Part shown: positions 36,477 to 51,340 of the stretch, in pieces
Numbering within the stretch: the first letter of the stretch is position 1
Layout of the letters: each line of letters opens with the position of its first letter
Assembly (NCBI RefSeq): GCF_018977255.1
Contig: NW_024704742.1
Coordinates: 76,758,001-76,822,000, forward strand
Origin: Callorhinchus milii
Lineage: Eukaryota
DNA: 64,000 bases
Direction: 5' to 3'
Translations under genes and position numbers: made by a program
Notes under the pieces: generated by a model
What the model was told of the DNA's origin: nothing
Databases searched by the model: none
What the model saw: the letters and a program-made list of their open reading frames with translations, nothing else

Positions 36477-39400
36477 TAAGCAGAGGATGACCCCCTCTCG
36501 CTGCTGTTGGTGACAGTGGAGCAGCTCGTGTGGCACATTGTATCTCAAAGGAGTTTTGTTTTAAAGAAAAGCTTAATTGCGTTATGGAGGATCCTCCAAA
36601 ACCTCTCTCTGTGTTTACCTCCTGCTCTCTCTCCCCCCTTCTCTCCCCCCTTTTTCTCCCTCCCCTCCTCCCCTCCTCTACCCCCCCCACACCCCCACTT
36701 CTCTCTTTCGCCCCCTCCCTCCACACAACCAACCGTGCAAACTATCCCCTGGTGTCTGTGTTGAAGATGGTTGCAATGAAAGCTGTAAACAGTTGGGAGT
36801 TGGTGGATGAAGATTTCGTTCAATGCAAATCCAATTGGTGATTTTTTTGGGGGGTGTTTCTCCCGCGCTTTTGCCCTTTTCTCTTTCTTCTCGTTTTTCT
36901 CTTTTTCTCTCTCTCACCAGCTCCTCCTCTCCCTTCCCCCCCCCACCCCCCCTCGGTGAAATTTTTGGGTGCAAACACTGGTGCAAATGGTGTGTTTTTT
37001 GTTGTTCAGTGAAGAGGAGGAATGTTGGGATAACTTAAGTGTTTGGAAACCCCTGAAACACGTGGTGTGGTGTTACTCGCTGCCCTGAGGGTGTAAAGCT
37101 GGGGGTTGGTGGGGGGTGGGGGGGGAGAGGGTGCAAGATCCAGGGGCCCTGAGATAGTCAGTCCATCCATGTACATCCAGGAAAAACTAGAATCATTTGA
37201 AAACCGTGGGTCTGGTCTTTTGGGGGCAAATCCTGGTGCTATGCTGGAGGTTGTTCCAAGTTTAAAAGAGCTGGATATTGCTTTGTTTTTTTTTGTATGT
37301 TTGCAATCATATCATTCCTTTCACGTGTACAGTAGTGTTATGTGCAATATATCCATAAACTCAGCTGGTCTGGCACTGACAGTTAAACATCCCCCCCCCA
37401 TTCTTACATTATGATTATCACAATACTCTGGGGACTGGAATGCAATGTATGTTCACCTGCCAGTATGCAAAATGGTGGGTCTCTGCTCTTGTGAGTATTG
37501 TTGTTCAATACCACCATTCATAGCAGGAACTCAATAAACATGCAGCTATTATTTGCTGCAATAAATTGGGTTTCTGGTACTCACAAACATTTCTGCAACT
37601 TTCGAAACCTCACCTGCCTGTTAGGTGGTGGCTCAAATGCATTCTTTGACCTTTGCTTTTCTTCCATTATAAACAATATTGGTGCCAAAGGGAGAGATGA
37701 GCACCAGAGGGAAAAAACTGCTGCTCTGTGTACTCCCCCTCCCCCCACCTGACTGGTTTTAAAAAGTGTATGCAACAACTGTATACGCTATCTATATACA
37801 TTAAAACTCGCACAAGTCTGATCTGTATAAATTGTATAATCGTCTTAAGTCGTACATCTGCCCAAGTCCTGACAAGAGTATATATTCTATGGAAGTTCAA
37901 CTTACCTCATACTTTGTATAAATCATATTAAAGGTATTGTCCCAACTGATACGACTTGTGAAGGTCTACTGTATATCATGTGCAGTGTGGCCTGCACTTT
38001 GTAAGCCTAGCTTCCTGCCAAACGTTTTACTGGGAGAAGTGTAATAGTGATCAGTGCATACAAATCCACTGAGAGGGTGAAGGCCATTTATGTTTGTTTT
38101 GGTAAGTCGGGTGTCTGAAACATAAGGAAACTCTTCTCCATGCTTATGAGTATCCAAACTGAATTCCAGGCATCCCACCCATATGTGGAAACTCCTGTGT
38201 ATTGAAATAGAATGCACACACTGTCCCTGGAGGGATGCATCCTGGTTACCTAATTCCAGAAAGAATTAGGCACAGGTTGGCAAGAGCCAGGCTTGAGGAT
38301 GCCAGAGTATGTGTTGGAGTACTGCTCGAGTCTAACCAGCTAAAACCGAATAGCTTGCCATTCATTGAGAATGCTGCTTGGCGAGCTTTCCTGATGCTTG
38401 TCCAGCTAGGACCACTCTACGTGTTAGGACTTTGACTTGCCGAGTGGGATGACTCCCTGCCACCAGTGACTGGTCTGCCCTTCCAGCTCCTGCCGATAAG
38501 CTGTGCTGTCATCAGCAGTGCCCTGGAATACTGCAAACCCATGTGGCTCAATAACCAGATTGAGTCAACCCTCAGATTGAGTCAACCCTCAGATTGAGTT
38601 AAACCTCACAGAGGTTTAATCGATTCCAACATTCTGTTGCCTTGCATGTCACCCTAGAACCAATTCAGCTCCAAGGAGGCCCCATGTCCAATTATAGTGA
38701 ATGACTAATTTCTGAACACTGCTTTCACTCTGCTGCTGTTGCTGGTAAATTTTCCCGATCAGAACAAGATATTTACGGTACAGGTTATTTTGAAAAAAGC
38801 ACCTGTGCTGCACTGGGTGTAGGAATGTACTTCTCTAAACTTGTCAAAATGTTAATGTACTTTTTGTCAAAGTGGAACAAAATGAGTAAATTGTGATTTT
38901 TTTTGGATTGCATATATACCAGGCAATGCTGTTATAATACTATAGTGTAGCTCACTGCTGTTCTACTGATAAGTTGCACTGGAGTTGGCTTCATTCCAGC
39001 TACTTCCATGTTTGCTTGCTGTACACATGCAAGCCGGAGGGGAGGGGAGAGAGAGAAACCTTTCACCCCCTCCTCTTTCCCCCCCCAGCCAGTCTAGAAT
39101 TTTGCAGCTATTTGTCTTGGTCACAGCTCAAGTGGGTGTAGAATGAATGTTTATCATCATTATTCCTTACTGAATTCCTGGCAAAACACTCTTGTGCAGC
39201 TATGAACAATTTTATTATACTTAGCTACCTTAGCTGAAATCCTAGTGACGAACTGTATTCATTGTGATGATTTTAAACCAGCACCTCAACCGTCTGGTGA
39301 CCTTCTCTGATGGTGAGGGATTTTATACTCATTCAATGTCAGCAGCTTCCCAGGTGGGTACAGCAGATCAAAGTTGCCTCTACTTTTCCACAGTGATGTT

Positions 39401-40249
39401 CCCTATTTCCACACCCAGACCACTGATTTTATCATGAGCGTGATACCAGCTGGGCTGACACTACATTGCCATCTTGATGACCTCTGAGGACTTTACCTAA
39501 TTTGATGTAATTTTGATAAATTGCAGGATGTTGTTTGCTACAGGCCCCAAACCCTGTTAAGACTGCCCTGACTCATTTCACATAGAAACACAAGTGGCAG
39601 CATGGAAAGTTGAAACTTTCCTCTGAGCTCGATTGAGACTCTGGTCAGACAGAGGTGACTGGATTAAACCACTACCACCATGTCGTTGTATCTTTCTGTT
39701 CTAAATTGTGCAAGAGTCAGTAAATGATTGCAGTTCTTCTGTGGTGCTCTTCAAAGTATTTCTCCCCCATTTCAAACATGGCTAAGGATTTGATGGGGTG
39801 AAGCATGCTCGGAGTTTCTGAGCCTAATTGTACGAGGCAGCTGAATTCAACGCAAAGCCATAGTCATTAACCTACAGTGCAGTCAAATCATTACAGCTCC
39901 TGTTTGTTACCTTGGCTCCCTCAATGCTGGCTTCACCTTTTGCTGCTGAACAAAAAATAAGTCATCAGATTCATTCCTTTTTTTAATGAAGGGAAGTTTC
40001 ACCCCGAGTGCCTTCAAGTAGATTCTCTTGTCCTTTGGGAATGAGCTGTGAAGAGTACCTGTTGGAGAAAAATCTTGTCTCTGTAGTTGCTCCTTTTACT
40101 CTCTGTTGAGGAGTATGTAAAAAAAACAGAAGCCATCTTGTTGTCAGAGCTTTCCTGCCTCTGATTCTGCCTCTTATCAATCTCACTGGCTGCTTGCACC
40201 ATTTAACTGAGCCTGCTTGTTTCTCCCCTTCCCGCTCGGTTTCCTGTTC

Positions 40250-40720
40250 CTTGACCAAAAGGTTTTTTTTCACATCTGGAATATTGTCCACTTGTGCATC
40301 CCTGTCTCACCTCTCTGAACATGAAACCATGATCCGTGCCTTTGGTGTCTCGAGACTAGACTTCTCCAGTTCTCTCATCAGCAACCGCACTGGCTACACT
40401 TTTGAAAACTTCGGTTCATCTAAAACTTTGCAGCCCATATCTAGGCTTTGCATTCCAGGCTTCATTGCTTTCAGAATCCCAGAAGAACAATTTTAAAATG
40501 ACCTTCAAATCCCTTTAGTATGGCCCCTCCCTAATCTTCTCCAGGCCTATTCTCCTCCAGTGTCTTTTGCTCTGCTGATACCTTGTCTGCTGTTTGTTCC
40601 TCACTTGCTTGGTACTCAGCTAATATACTTTGCTCTCTGAAATGCTCTCCAAAATCCTTTCACCTTGCGTTTTTCCTTACTTTCAAACCACTTTTAAATG
40701 CCTATCTGTTTTCCATGCCT
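40250..40720 (+). mobile_element. Old L2 3' fragment
   Basis: AFGVSRLDFSSSL resembles AFITSRLNYANAL of the younger copy. Confidence 0.65.
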
Positions 40721-40940
40721 TGGTACAGCAGCCATTAATTATTATTCCTCCGTTCACTGCTCATTGCTTTCTCCTTATAGTCTCTTGTGCGATGGTCACC
40801 AGAAGTGCAAGGCATTGTTGACTCTTAATATTTATACCTGGGTCACATCAGCAAGCTTCCATTAATTTTAGCAAGGTATTGTGATCACTAATGGTTTGTA
40901 ACTCTAATGGCTTCTAACATTAACAAAATGTTTTCTTCAG

Positions 40941-41017
40941 ATTGATGACTTTGCTGATGGAGCTGTGAAATCATCCACAAATAAGTATCCCATCTTTTTC
41001 TTTGGGACTCATGAGAC
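40941..41017 (+). CDS. PSIP1: PSIP1 coding exon 2 ([26 protein letters not shown])
   Basis: TTCAG/GTGAGT boundaries, 77 nt; PWWP motif IFFFGTHET. Confidence 0.96.
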
Positions 41018-41584
41018 GTGAGTGGATCTTCCTTTGTTTTAATAACTGTTGTTCAAAACTTGTTTTTTGTTTTAAAACTGCAGTAATTTCTGGTAATGAA
41101 TAGCTGAATCTTATGAAGTTTTACCCCCCTCCTGTTACCTTTTGAGTGGCTTGATATTTTACAGACTTGTCTTATTTATGAAGGTGGTTTGCTTGATGCA
41201 GGGCATGTGGGAGAGCATTGTTGTTACAAAGTTATGTTTGCATTATTTAGAGAATGCGTCTTTAGTGCTAAATCCTAGGCGCTTGTATAGGAAAGCACTT
41301 TTCAGTGCTACCCCGCACGAAGGGTGCTGTATAGATAATAATATGATTTAAAAAATCCTTGTATTTGATGTAGCACCTTATCACATAGTTGAGACCTCTC
41401 AAAGCGCATCACAAAATGCATTGTAAAGTACATTTGGGGGCGAAATGTAGCAACCAATTGCAATTTGTTCTTGAAATGTAAAAAAGCAAGTTGTTGTTGG
41501 AAGTATGGCTCCTTGGTTCTCTGTTGTCAAGACTGGCAGATTCAGAAGTCCGTGCTTGCTTAATTTATTTATTTATTTTTTTGA

Positions 41585-41737
<153 letters not shown>

Positions 41738-43382
41738 TGAGCATTTGGAACGGGAGCAAAGCAATTGCCTACCAAAAGGCTGGCGTAAGATTTGAAATTA
41801 GCAGAGATTTTTGTCTGATGTTCAGTTTGTGTTTGAAAATGTACTAATTTGGATGAATGCCAAGCTGAGCTGGATTAATACTAGTCACTGCTGGATAAAG
41901 TAGAGCCTCAGGGAAGTCTAAATAATGATGATGGGGTGATGCTTCCTTCATCATGCCCAGCTCTGTGCAGCTCTCCATAACTCTTAGAAGAGCAACAGTA
42001 ATTTTTAGTTGTTTAAAGAATTAAAAATGTAACTACTATTTACCAGTGCAAAATAATGCAAAGTTTCATTGTATTTGTCCAATTAGGGCATTTATATCCT
42101 AACTAAGATGATGATAAAAAATTCTTCCGAGACTCAATTGAGTCAGGCAGGTTGGTCACCCATCAACGACATCTTGCAATGCTGCAGACCTGCCTGGCTT
42201 TGCCTGCAGGAGCCATGGCACTTATTTTCTTGACCTTAAAAAGGTGAAGGGCTGAGTAAACCTACTGAGATTTGAACCCAGACTACTAAGTATGGGGCAC
42301 AGCCGACTGAGCTTGTAAAGCAATTTATGAAGCTTCAAAGGATGAGAAAAACAAGTTATTGGCACACATGATAACTGAACAGTAATAATGGTTGGCTGCC
42401 CTTACTGCAGGAGATTGTCGTCAATGCCCAGCCACGTTGAACGCAGGCAAATCATTCCTGAGTAATCAGTGCAGCACAGTTTAGCTTTCTGTCATCCTAA
42501 CCAACCTCTTGCCTACATGACCACCATTGTACAAACCGAAAAACCCCAAATACAAAAGATGAACATTGAAGACATCGTGGAATTAATATCTGAAAAGAAA
42601 AGTCATGACAGACTTGAAATCCCATATGTTTTCTTGATAGAAGGAAGTGTTTAATTAGATCTCTACATTGTGAGCTTCTAACTAACTCTTGCCCAATACA
42701 TTTTATTTTAATAAACGCAGATTTAGTTTCATGCTACAGTATGACTTGATTTTATCCAGTTCATTGGGCTGAAAATGTGTACTAAATTAAGAGATTCATT
42801 ACATATTGAATGTGAATTGTCAACGTCCCCCCGTTTCCCCCCGCACAATTCTCAACGTCAGCATCCTAATGCCAGATCATGCATTATCGCTGCTTCAGCC
42901 TGCTGGGTAGCAGAGTTGCACCATCACTAACAATCAGACTAAAGCCTTAATGCCAGTAAATCGACAGCTGAGAGACAGACCCAGAAGATGTGTACGATCC
43001 GGTTCCAGGCTGTCAGTATTGAGAATAACTGCTGTATTCCAACTAATTCAAAACCCGTCTGCTGATATAATCACCCTCACTGAACTCCGTACCTCCATCA
43101 CACCAGCCCTCGCCAGACTCCAATGACTCCCTATCACAGAATGGATCGACTTCAAGATCCTCACACTCGTCTACAAATCCCATCATTGCCCAGGGTGCCT
43201 CTACTTCTCCGATCTGCTTATTCCCCACTCTGCTTCTGCTGAGCTGGCTTTGGCCTTGTTCCTCATCCACTCTGCTCCACCATTGGAGGAGAATGGTTGG
43301 CAGGGGAGAAGGGTAGAATTAAGTCAATGCTTCCTGCAGCACTGCTCAGTTTGTCACAATCTCCCACTTTGAATATTTTTAG

Positions 43383-43517
43383 GGTTTGAATAAACGTGCT
43401 CGCAAGTTGTCGACAGAAAAAGATGGTGAAGAGGTGAAGCAGGCAAGTGATTTGAACCTGGGAAAGGAGGAATTGGATGCTGGAGGTTTGCCTGAATTTG
43501 ACAAACGGAGTGATGAG
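43383..43517 (+). CDS. PSIP1: PSIP1 coding exon 4 (GLNKRARKLSTEKDGEEVKQ...DKRSDE)
   Basis: TTTTAG/GTACAG boundaries, 135 nt, open in phase 0; charged linker with low conservation. Confidence 0.8.
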
Positions 43518-46500
43518 GTACAGTTTGATACTACATGGCTATTATGGTTGCGTGTTCTTGTAACTTGATAAAGTTGCTTTCCAATCTCAGAAATCTATGG
43601 AAGTTCTGTTATAATCCCATATTGCCAAGATCTGTAGATTACGTGATGCTGAGATAATGACCAGAAAATTATCCTCCTTCCTCTCTTTCTTCCCTCCTTC
43701 CGATTATTAACTTACTTTACGTTCTACCCACACCAAATACCAACTTAGTTGAAGGGGAACAAAATACTTTTTCAAAGTTCTACTTTGGATATAGAGGGGA
43801 GAAAACCATAGTTTACTTGTAGCAAGCAATCCTTTCTGTTCTGCATTAACAATGGGATGCTTCCTCTAATCCTAGATTGCTCCATGGTATCAGAGTTGGT
43901 GGAGGAGTTGCATGGTCCCTTGAGAATCTCTACCTTGTTATAGAACAACTTTTTTGCATGAAAGAAATGCCTCAAGGCCGTATACTGAATGAGAAATTAA
44001 GTGAGTTATGGAGGCAAACACAGTGACTACTTTCACAAGCAAAGTCCTGCGAACACCAATGAGATGAATAGCCAATTAATTAGAACATTCGATGAGTGCA
44101 GAATGTAGGCTATGACACATTACATTGAGTTTTGCAGCGATAGTGAAAGGAAGTTTTAATAATTGAAGAGGGAATACAAGCCAAGATAAATGAGAGGAAA
44201 ACTCCACTTTTCTTTGAAAAATATAAAGGGGAAGGGCCCCTTTATATCCACCTGAACCACAGAACAGATGGGACTTAAATTAATGATTTGGAAATAAATA
44301 AACAATGAGCCTACATTTAATTTAGGATGTAATGTTGGCAAGTGTAGCAAGCAAATTGCTCCAGCAACATCCTGCAAATAACAATGACATGAGTAGTTAA
44401 ATTAATTGGATTTTGTTGTGTGAATTTGGAATGTTGACCGAGCAGGACACATTATATTGCCATATAAATTTACAGGAAAGTAAATGCAAATTTTAATGAT
44501 TGAAAAGGGAGGGGTGGAGGGGAGAAAGTGAGGATGCAGAAAATGACAGATTGAGAGGTGGCAGACCTCTAGTCCAGAACGGTAGCCAATATGGATTAGG
44601 TGTATTTCATGATCAGCCACAGTCTCACAGCTTCTGGTTTTCTTTTAAAGGGAAGAACACTTTAAAATTGTACTTCCTTTGCAAATGGTGAATTTTGTCT
44701 TTGACGTGGCATTAGTGCCTTTGTTTGGGTGAGATCATGGTCTCTCTTCAGCTTTCTTTGTCTCTTGGACTGGGGTGAGACCTGGAATCTTCCATGTCCA
44801 TGGGTCGGGGGAAGCCATGTTATCTCAGATGGGAGTTAATGGAATTGAGTACTTTGGATTGACCTGGGAGATGATGTGGAGTTGGCTGACTGCATAGAGG
44901 CATTGCCCCAACAAGCTATTTCCTATAACTCTAGAAGACATGAAAAGCGCTATATCAAATGCAAGGATTATTATTAACTCCTTCCAGTCAGTGATGTTGC
45001 AGGAGAAAGATCTTTTAATAATTGAAAAGGGAATGTAACATAGAAGAGTCAGGATTCATACAAGTGAAATTACGTACAAGTAAAGTACAATTTTAGAAAT
45101 GTTCTTTCCTTGTAAAAAGAATAGTATTCATCCTTGTTCCTCGAAGATGCAGACATTTCTTGAGATCAGCCAGTCTTGCTTTCCTTTAGGCCTGTCTGAA
45201 TGATTGTGATATGACTGTCATTACCCATATGCTGCTTGGAAACAGCATGTCAGGTGAAAAGTATCTGAACTCATTGCCACCTGCAAACTCAACCTTGGAG
45301 AAGCAGCTAAAGTTAACATGTTGCTCTGCTTCATTATAGGTGTCAGTATCACAAATAAATAAATCACAAAAATACAAGAAATACTCTTGGGTGGAGGAAG
45401 CAAAAGCAGAGACAAGAGGGGTATTCCCCTAACTTCTGAAACTATCTCTCTCTCTTTACCCCTCTGTCTCACCGCCTCTCTCTTTAAGTCTCTTCTTAAA
45501 ACCTACCTCTTCAAACACCCTGATATGTTTCCTACACTGTACAAATTCAAGTTGTTGCTGTGGGGAATAGTTGGAGGAGAGTGCCCATAGCAGAATGCCT
45601 ATGTGGGAAATATTGAATGCACATCAGTTGCACTTTTGATGGTCAGCTATGTGGTTTCACCTGGTTAAACTCCAGCAGTACCTGCATACTCTTGGGTTCT
45701 CCCTAAGCTACAGACACATTTCCATGTGTAGGTGGCAAACATGCAGAACTCGGGCTGATTTGGATACTGTTAAGCAGGGTTACTCTATGAGTCAAACACC
45801 CAGCTGGTTAACCAAGAAAAAAGATCTAGCGGTGTCTTGAGTGTGCAGAGTATCATTCTTCTTCATATCCACTTTGTGTACTCTGGAGTTCATGCACAAT
45901 CATTCATGTTCATTCTCTAACCCTGTAAGGGAAAAAATGTCCCTTTGCCTCCATTGCTGCTCTTTGTGGTTGAAAATTCAACCTTTGCCCCAGGTTATTC
46001 CTGCAATTCCTGTAATTGCAGGAATAACCATTTTCAGATTGTATTTTGACTGATGCATGAGGGATTTCACCCACCGGCCTAAAGCTTCGTACACAACTTC
46101 AGGGTTCATGTGAACCAAGGACCCCATTAGTTATAATATCACAGCTAACGAACAACCATTTTAGGCATTTTATTGGATACGCATAGCAGCACTGTTAATG
46201 GAAAGATTAGTATCTCATCATGTTAACCGTTTAGCTGAGGGTGAGTGTTTGTGAGCATTTTGTAACCAGATTAGTCAGACTTTATCTCATCTTGTTTTTC
46301 AGTATGAAACATAATTGCGATGCACACTGCGCCACATAAGTTTCCCCTTCCCAAATCATTCATGCACTTAAATTCTTATTGAAGCTTGTTGAATCATGCT
46401 TCCATTTATTCAGTGAGACTTGAGAGGTTGGTGTGCATTGGGTTTGCAGTAGTTTGTTAATTTTAGCATTGTGGCTCCACCAATGCACCAGTGGGTGAAA

Positions 46501-48072
46501 GCAAACGGGTACAGCATTCAGCAAAAAAGACCAGAAGGTTACGGTTATCCGATCTCAGCTAGAGGAGCAGTTGAGGTGTTACAGTTAAGATGCAGAGAAA
46601 ATTAACAAGAATTCCGACTCTTGTTATTCAAGTACCCCTTTTGGAAGACCTGCTGGTAAAAATCGGATTAGCTTAGGCTGTAATTGCACTTGGTTGAATA
46701 GCTTGCCTACACTCTCTGTTGAAGCTTATAAATTAAAACCCATTTTTGTGAGGTACTTGTGAACAACTGGGAGTTGTGGACAATATCCAAAAGAAAAAGA
46801 CAAAAGGCCTTCAGCTTTAGAGGAGAGAAATGATCATCAAAAAGGCAATGACTTGTCTCTGCACTAAATACAGGTGTAGATTATTAGCCTTGTGTGCTAA
46901 TTTCAAGACTTTAATCATTACAAATAAATTTGACATATATAAATTAATAGATAAAAAATGTTTTGCCACAGACAACTGTAGATTGCCTTGTAAAGTAGGG
47001 TATTAGGATTCTCTCTAAACCGGCTCTTATCATAGGGGGGGATTCTGATATGCTGTGGAAGGGACACACAAAAATATCATCTATACCTCTGAGGGTCTGC
47101 GAGTTCCTTGTTTTAGTTCTTGCCAGAGAAATACCCGGTGAATACCTCTCATATTTACAAAGTTATGGATGGCTGTGTCCTCTAAGGGAATTGGAGTCCG
47201 GCCACAAAATTCTGTTGTATCGGATTGTTTCTGCTCATTTGTAGCCATGTCCTTCACCAATCCTAAAGCTCCAGGTATCCATAGAAGTTTCGGATCTGGT
47301 ATCAGCTTTGAGACCATTTTCGGCAGCATAGAGCTGGCTAAAGTGACTGAAGATATTCGTGGATAAATCCAATATCAGGCAATGCTGCCATTTCAGCACA
47401 GTCACCTCTCATTTCCAGAGGAAGTGGAGTGATGCGTCTTGTGTCAGATCACACTAACCTATCACATATTTCATGTTTGAATTCACAGTGTAAATATTAA
47501 TTGTGTGATATAAAATTGTTGAATGATTCTAACTGCAGGGAAAGCTGTAATGCGAAGCAGGGTGGAATACTTAAAGCAATATTTTGCAGCCATTTTATTT
47601 TTTATTTTAGATGATATATATATTAGTTAATGTAAATTGCAGGAATAAACTTAAATTGAGTAAGAATTAAGAATGAAAGTAAAATTAAACTTAGAATGGG
47701 TCAAAATAAGAATATTGGTGTTAGTGAGCTGCTTGAGTTTTGTGATAGTATTCTGTGGAAGGGGACATATTGTGGCAGAGGCCACTTCGCAATGAGTGAC
47801 ACAAATAGTTATAATCTTCTCAAAGGCCATGCTAATCTAGTGATTACTGTATTATCTGGAGTAACTTATTCCTATCAAAATGTCAGCAGCAAAGTAGAAC
47901 TGACGTTTGCTACACCATTGTCCCTACAGGCACACTGATTTATTAGCTGATGTATGTATCTCAGTCCTTTCCTATTTATCCATATCTCTGGTGCTTTCTA
48001 TGTCGCTATGTTTTGTGTCTTCTGATATGCTTTGATTTTGTGCCGTGATGATGGTCCATTGTTGTTTAATAG

Positions 48073-48141
48073 GAGGTTGCCCCAAACAAAGTTGAGTTGG
48101 AGACCCCTAAGAAAGGTGCTAAGAGGGGACGAAAGAGAAAG
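48073..48141 (+). CDS. PSIP1: PSIP1 coding exon 5 with NLS (EVAPNKVELETPKKGAKRGRKRK)
   Basis: TAG/GTATG boundaries, 69 nt; matches LEDGF NLS region TPKAARRGRKRK. Confidence 0.92.
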
Positions 48142-49497
48142 GTATGGCATTTTTTGTTGGGCTTGCATACATACATTAAACCATGACTTACTGGACGGAC
48201 TCTGGGTACCCAGAATTTGGACCTAGCTTGAAAAAGAAAAATTCCATGGACCCGCGTGAGGCCTTCCGCTGGGCCTACTCTCCTATCATGTGCCCTGCCT
48301 CGCCGTGCTTACTGGTTTTCAGTGACCAGGGATAATCACGTTGACTCAGTTTGAATCCCACGAACAGAAGGTAGCTTATCCGCTAGCTTCTGCTTACAAT
48401 ACAATACAAAATTACATTTGTATAGCAGCTTTCACATCAAGATTATGTCACAAGGCGCTGGGACGCTTATAGGATTCAAACTATTATCATACCTTTATGG
48501 GCATTTTTCAACACTGAAAAAATCCAGTAAATGTGCATACCAGCATTGTAAGGATGCAACTACACTTAGCCCGAAATTCCAGTTCACCAGACTGGATCTT
48601 ATTAATTATTCAGGTAAGGCTAATTCTTCTGTTATTGACACGAATGGATAGCTTTGTCATGTTACTTCAATAAGGGAACAACATTTGTTTGTTTCTAGTT
48701 TGTTTTCCCCATCTGTACTTGTCCCAGTGGCCACACTCTTTCATTTCACCCTTGTAAATCTCTCCCTTAATCTCGCTATTAATCCATTTTTATTTAACTT
48801 GCTCTTGATACACTTGGGTATGAGTTGTCTTGCATATATCCATTTACACTTGTTACTGGAGTTGGCATCAATATGGTTCTGGGATGGGTTAATTTTGTTA
48901 GGAGAATTTGATGCCTCCTTCCCTTTCTTCCCGATCAGCTCACTTGATGACTTATTGAGTTAAGATGCCATCCAGTGTAGCGGTAAGCCATATAGAACAG
49001 AATATAACTGATTTAATTCCCATTTTGCACATTTCTGCTCGGAAGTAGATGCGGCATTAGAATTGGCTGCAGCATCCCTGGTTTAAGAAGAGGAAATCTC
49101 AAACCAAGTTCTTAATTCCTAGTTGCTGGTCTGGCTCAGAACCTGGGTAGCACTTTCACCTCTTCAGTTAGAAAGTTGTGAGTTCAAGCCACATGTTGGG
49201 AGCTTCAGCTCATAGTCTAGTTTGACACTGGAATGCGGTGCTGGGGATGTGCTGCTTTGTCGGAGGTGCCGTTCTGTGGATCATACATCAAAGCACAGCA
49301 CTCTTTCCCGTCCCCCGTCCCCCCCGGACTACTCAGTTATTACCACCCCAAGTAGCAGGGTAATTCAGTATTGATGCTTCATTGACAAATGATAAGGTTT
49401 CTGTAAAATCCTGCAGAGGCAGCCTAATAAAACTGAATTTGGAGTTTGTTGTCAGAAATCATATAATTTTTTTGGGTCATTTTCTCCACCCACCCAG

Positions 49498-49567
49498 GTT
49501 GACAAAATAGATGCTGCTTCAGAATCAGAAGAACCAGAGAAGCAGAGTGCCAAGCAGAAAAAGCAAG
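49498..49567 (+). CDS. PSIP1: PSIP1 coding exon 6 (VDKIDAASESEEPEKQSAKQKKQ)
   Basis: CCCAG/GTAATC boundaries, 70 nt, phase 0 to 1 as expected at this position. Confidence 0.8.
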
Positions 49568-49789
49568 GTAATCGATGTTGAGGCTGAATACATTTGTCAG
49601 CTATAGTCATAGTAGAGTTTGTTAGCACTTGAACCTGTACATAGAATTGAGGCATTCTTAGAATTCTCCACTGGTTGTGTTGGACAAGTGATGTACTCCT
49701 GTGTCATTCTCGGAGGAAGAGGAAAGGCCTTTCACATGTGCATTTTCCTCGTTTTACAAATATCTGCACACATGGCAACATTGTCCTGG

Positions 49790-50190
49790 AGTCTGTGGTT
49801 AATGCCTCCATGACAGAGCATGTAGATGAAAAGAAAGGGGCTGAGGCTAGAGCCCTGAAGTGCCCTACAGGTCACCGTGCAAGGGTGGGAATCAATAGAG
49901 GAGACAAAGTGGAGGCGGTGGGTCAGGTATGAGTGTAACCAGGAGAGCGGAGGCCCACAAAGGTGAATGAGGGAGGAGAGAGTGATCATCAATGTCAAAA
50001 GCGGCAGAGAGGTCGAGGTCTCGTCGCAGAGAATGAGGGAGTGTATTGTTGGTGACTTTGACGCGAGCTGTCTCAGTCCTGTGGGTAGGGTGGAAAGCAA
50101 ACTGAAAGGGCTCAAAGCAGGGAGTGGGAGCGAAGTTGAGTTGCAACAATACGTTCCTGACTTTGAGTAGGACGGTGGGTTGGACATGGG
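49790..50190 (-). mobile_element. Decayed L2 RT fragment
   Basis: FEPFQFAFHPTHRTETA and DLSAAFD remnants. Confidence 0.8.
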
Positions 50191-51340
50191 CGGGTCATGC
50201 CTGGTCTGATTTTAAAACTATACCCTCTAGTTCTAGACCCTGTTACCACTAGAAATAATCTTTCCCTATCCACCTTAGATAGCCTCCCTTCATCTTGTAC
50301 ACCTCTATAACATAACATGTACGAGCAGGAGTAGGCCATTCGGCTCTTCGAGCCTGCCCTGCCATTCAATCGTGGCTGATCTTCTAATCTAACTCCAGCT
50401 AACAACATAACCCTGCCTTATCCCCATATCCCTTAATCCCTTTTTTGCAATAAGAAATATATCTATCCCCTCTCAGCCTTCTGAGCTCCAAAGGAAAAAA
50501 AAAACAATTTGAGTGCTAATTTCTCCACAGTTCACATTTAGTGCTTTTAAGATAATGGTTGTAAGCGCTATACAATGAGGAATTTAGGCTTCTGATCTCT
50601 GCACAGACAATCTCTGAAGTTGGAGGTGGCGATTGTAGTGAGTTGCCCTGGGGAGAATTTTGGAGGTAGGTTTGGGACATGCTCTAGTGCTTTGGGATGT
50701 AGGTGCTAAATAAGTGTTACAGTATAAGTGTCAGAGTAGAGAACTTGGTTTGGAGGCAGAAATCTTAAGGTGATGCTCTCGGGAGAGGCCACAGGAAATA
50801 TTGGAGTGGGCTCTATTATAATGCACTTGGGTCAAGGTAGAGTACACAGCTTAGATCAAAGTAGACCATATAAATGCAGGTTTTTGTTGAGTACTGAAGC
50901 CAATGAGGCTTATAGCGAAATTTAGTTTCCTGCACTTCACTTCTGACTTTTCTTTTAAAAATTATGCCAGAAAAGAAATGTGATTGTTTTCTAGCCCATA
51001 TAAAACCTATGAACACACGCCAATGTGAGACTCTTTATTGTTCAGACTAAGCTGGAAGTTTAAAGAAGTTGTGCTTCAATGTCGAGTTAAATAAGTTCTT
51101 GGGCGTCTCTTGCTGTTTTTCTGGCTCCTCTAAAGAAGTGTTCTGTCAGATTTTATGCATCTTGGGATGGGGCTTTGTAAAATTGAAAAAGCCCACCTTG
51201 ATGTATGCATTTTTTAAAATCTTGGTAGCTCTATTAAAATAATTAATTTGTTCTTGCATTAAAATGTGTTTTTCAACCTTCAAACATGTTCTTGTTTGTA
51301 ATAACCCTGCATTGCTGGTTGCTACGTTCTTGCTGTGCAG

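Noticed and set aside
34381..36548. 659-720 aa Pro/His/Thr-rich ORFs
   Set aside because: Stop-free translations of the GC-box/(TG)n minisatellite in all three minus frames; not protein-like
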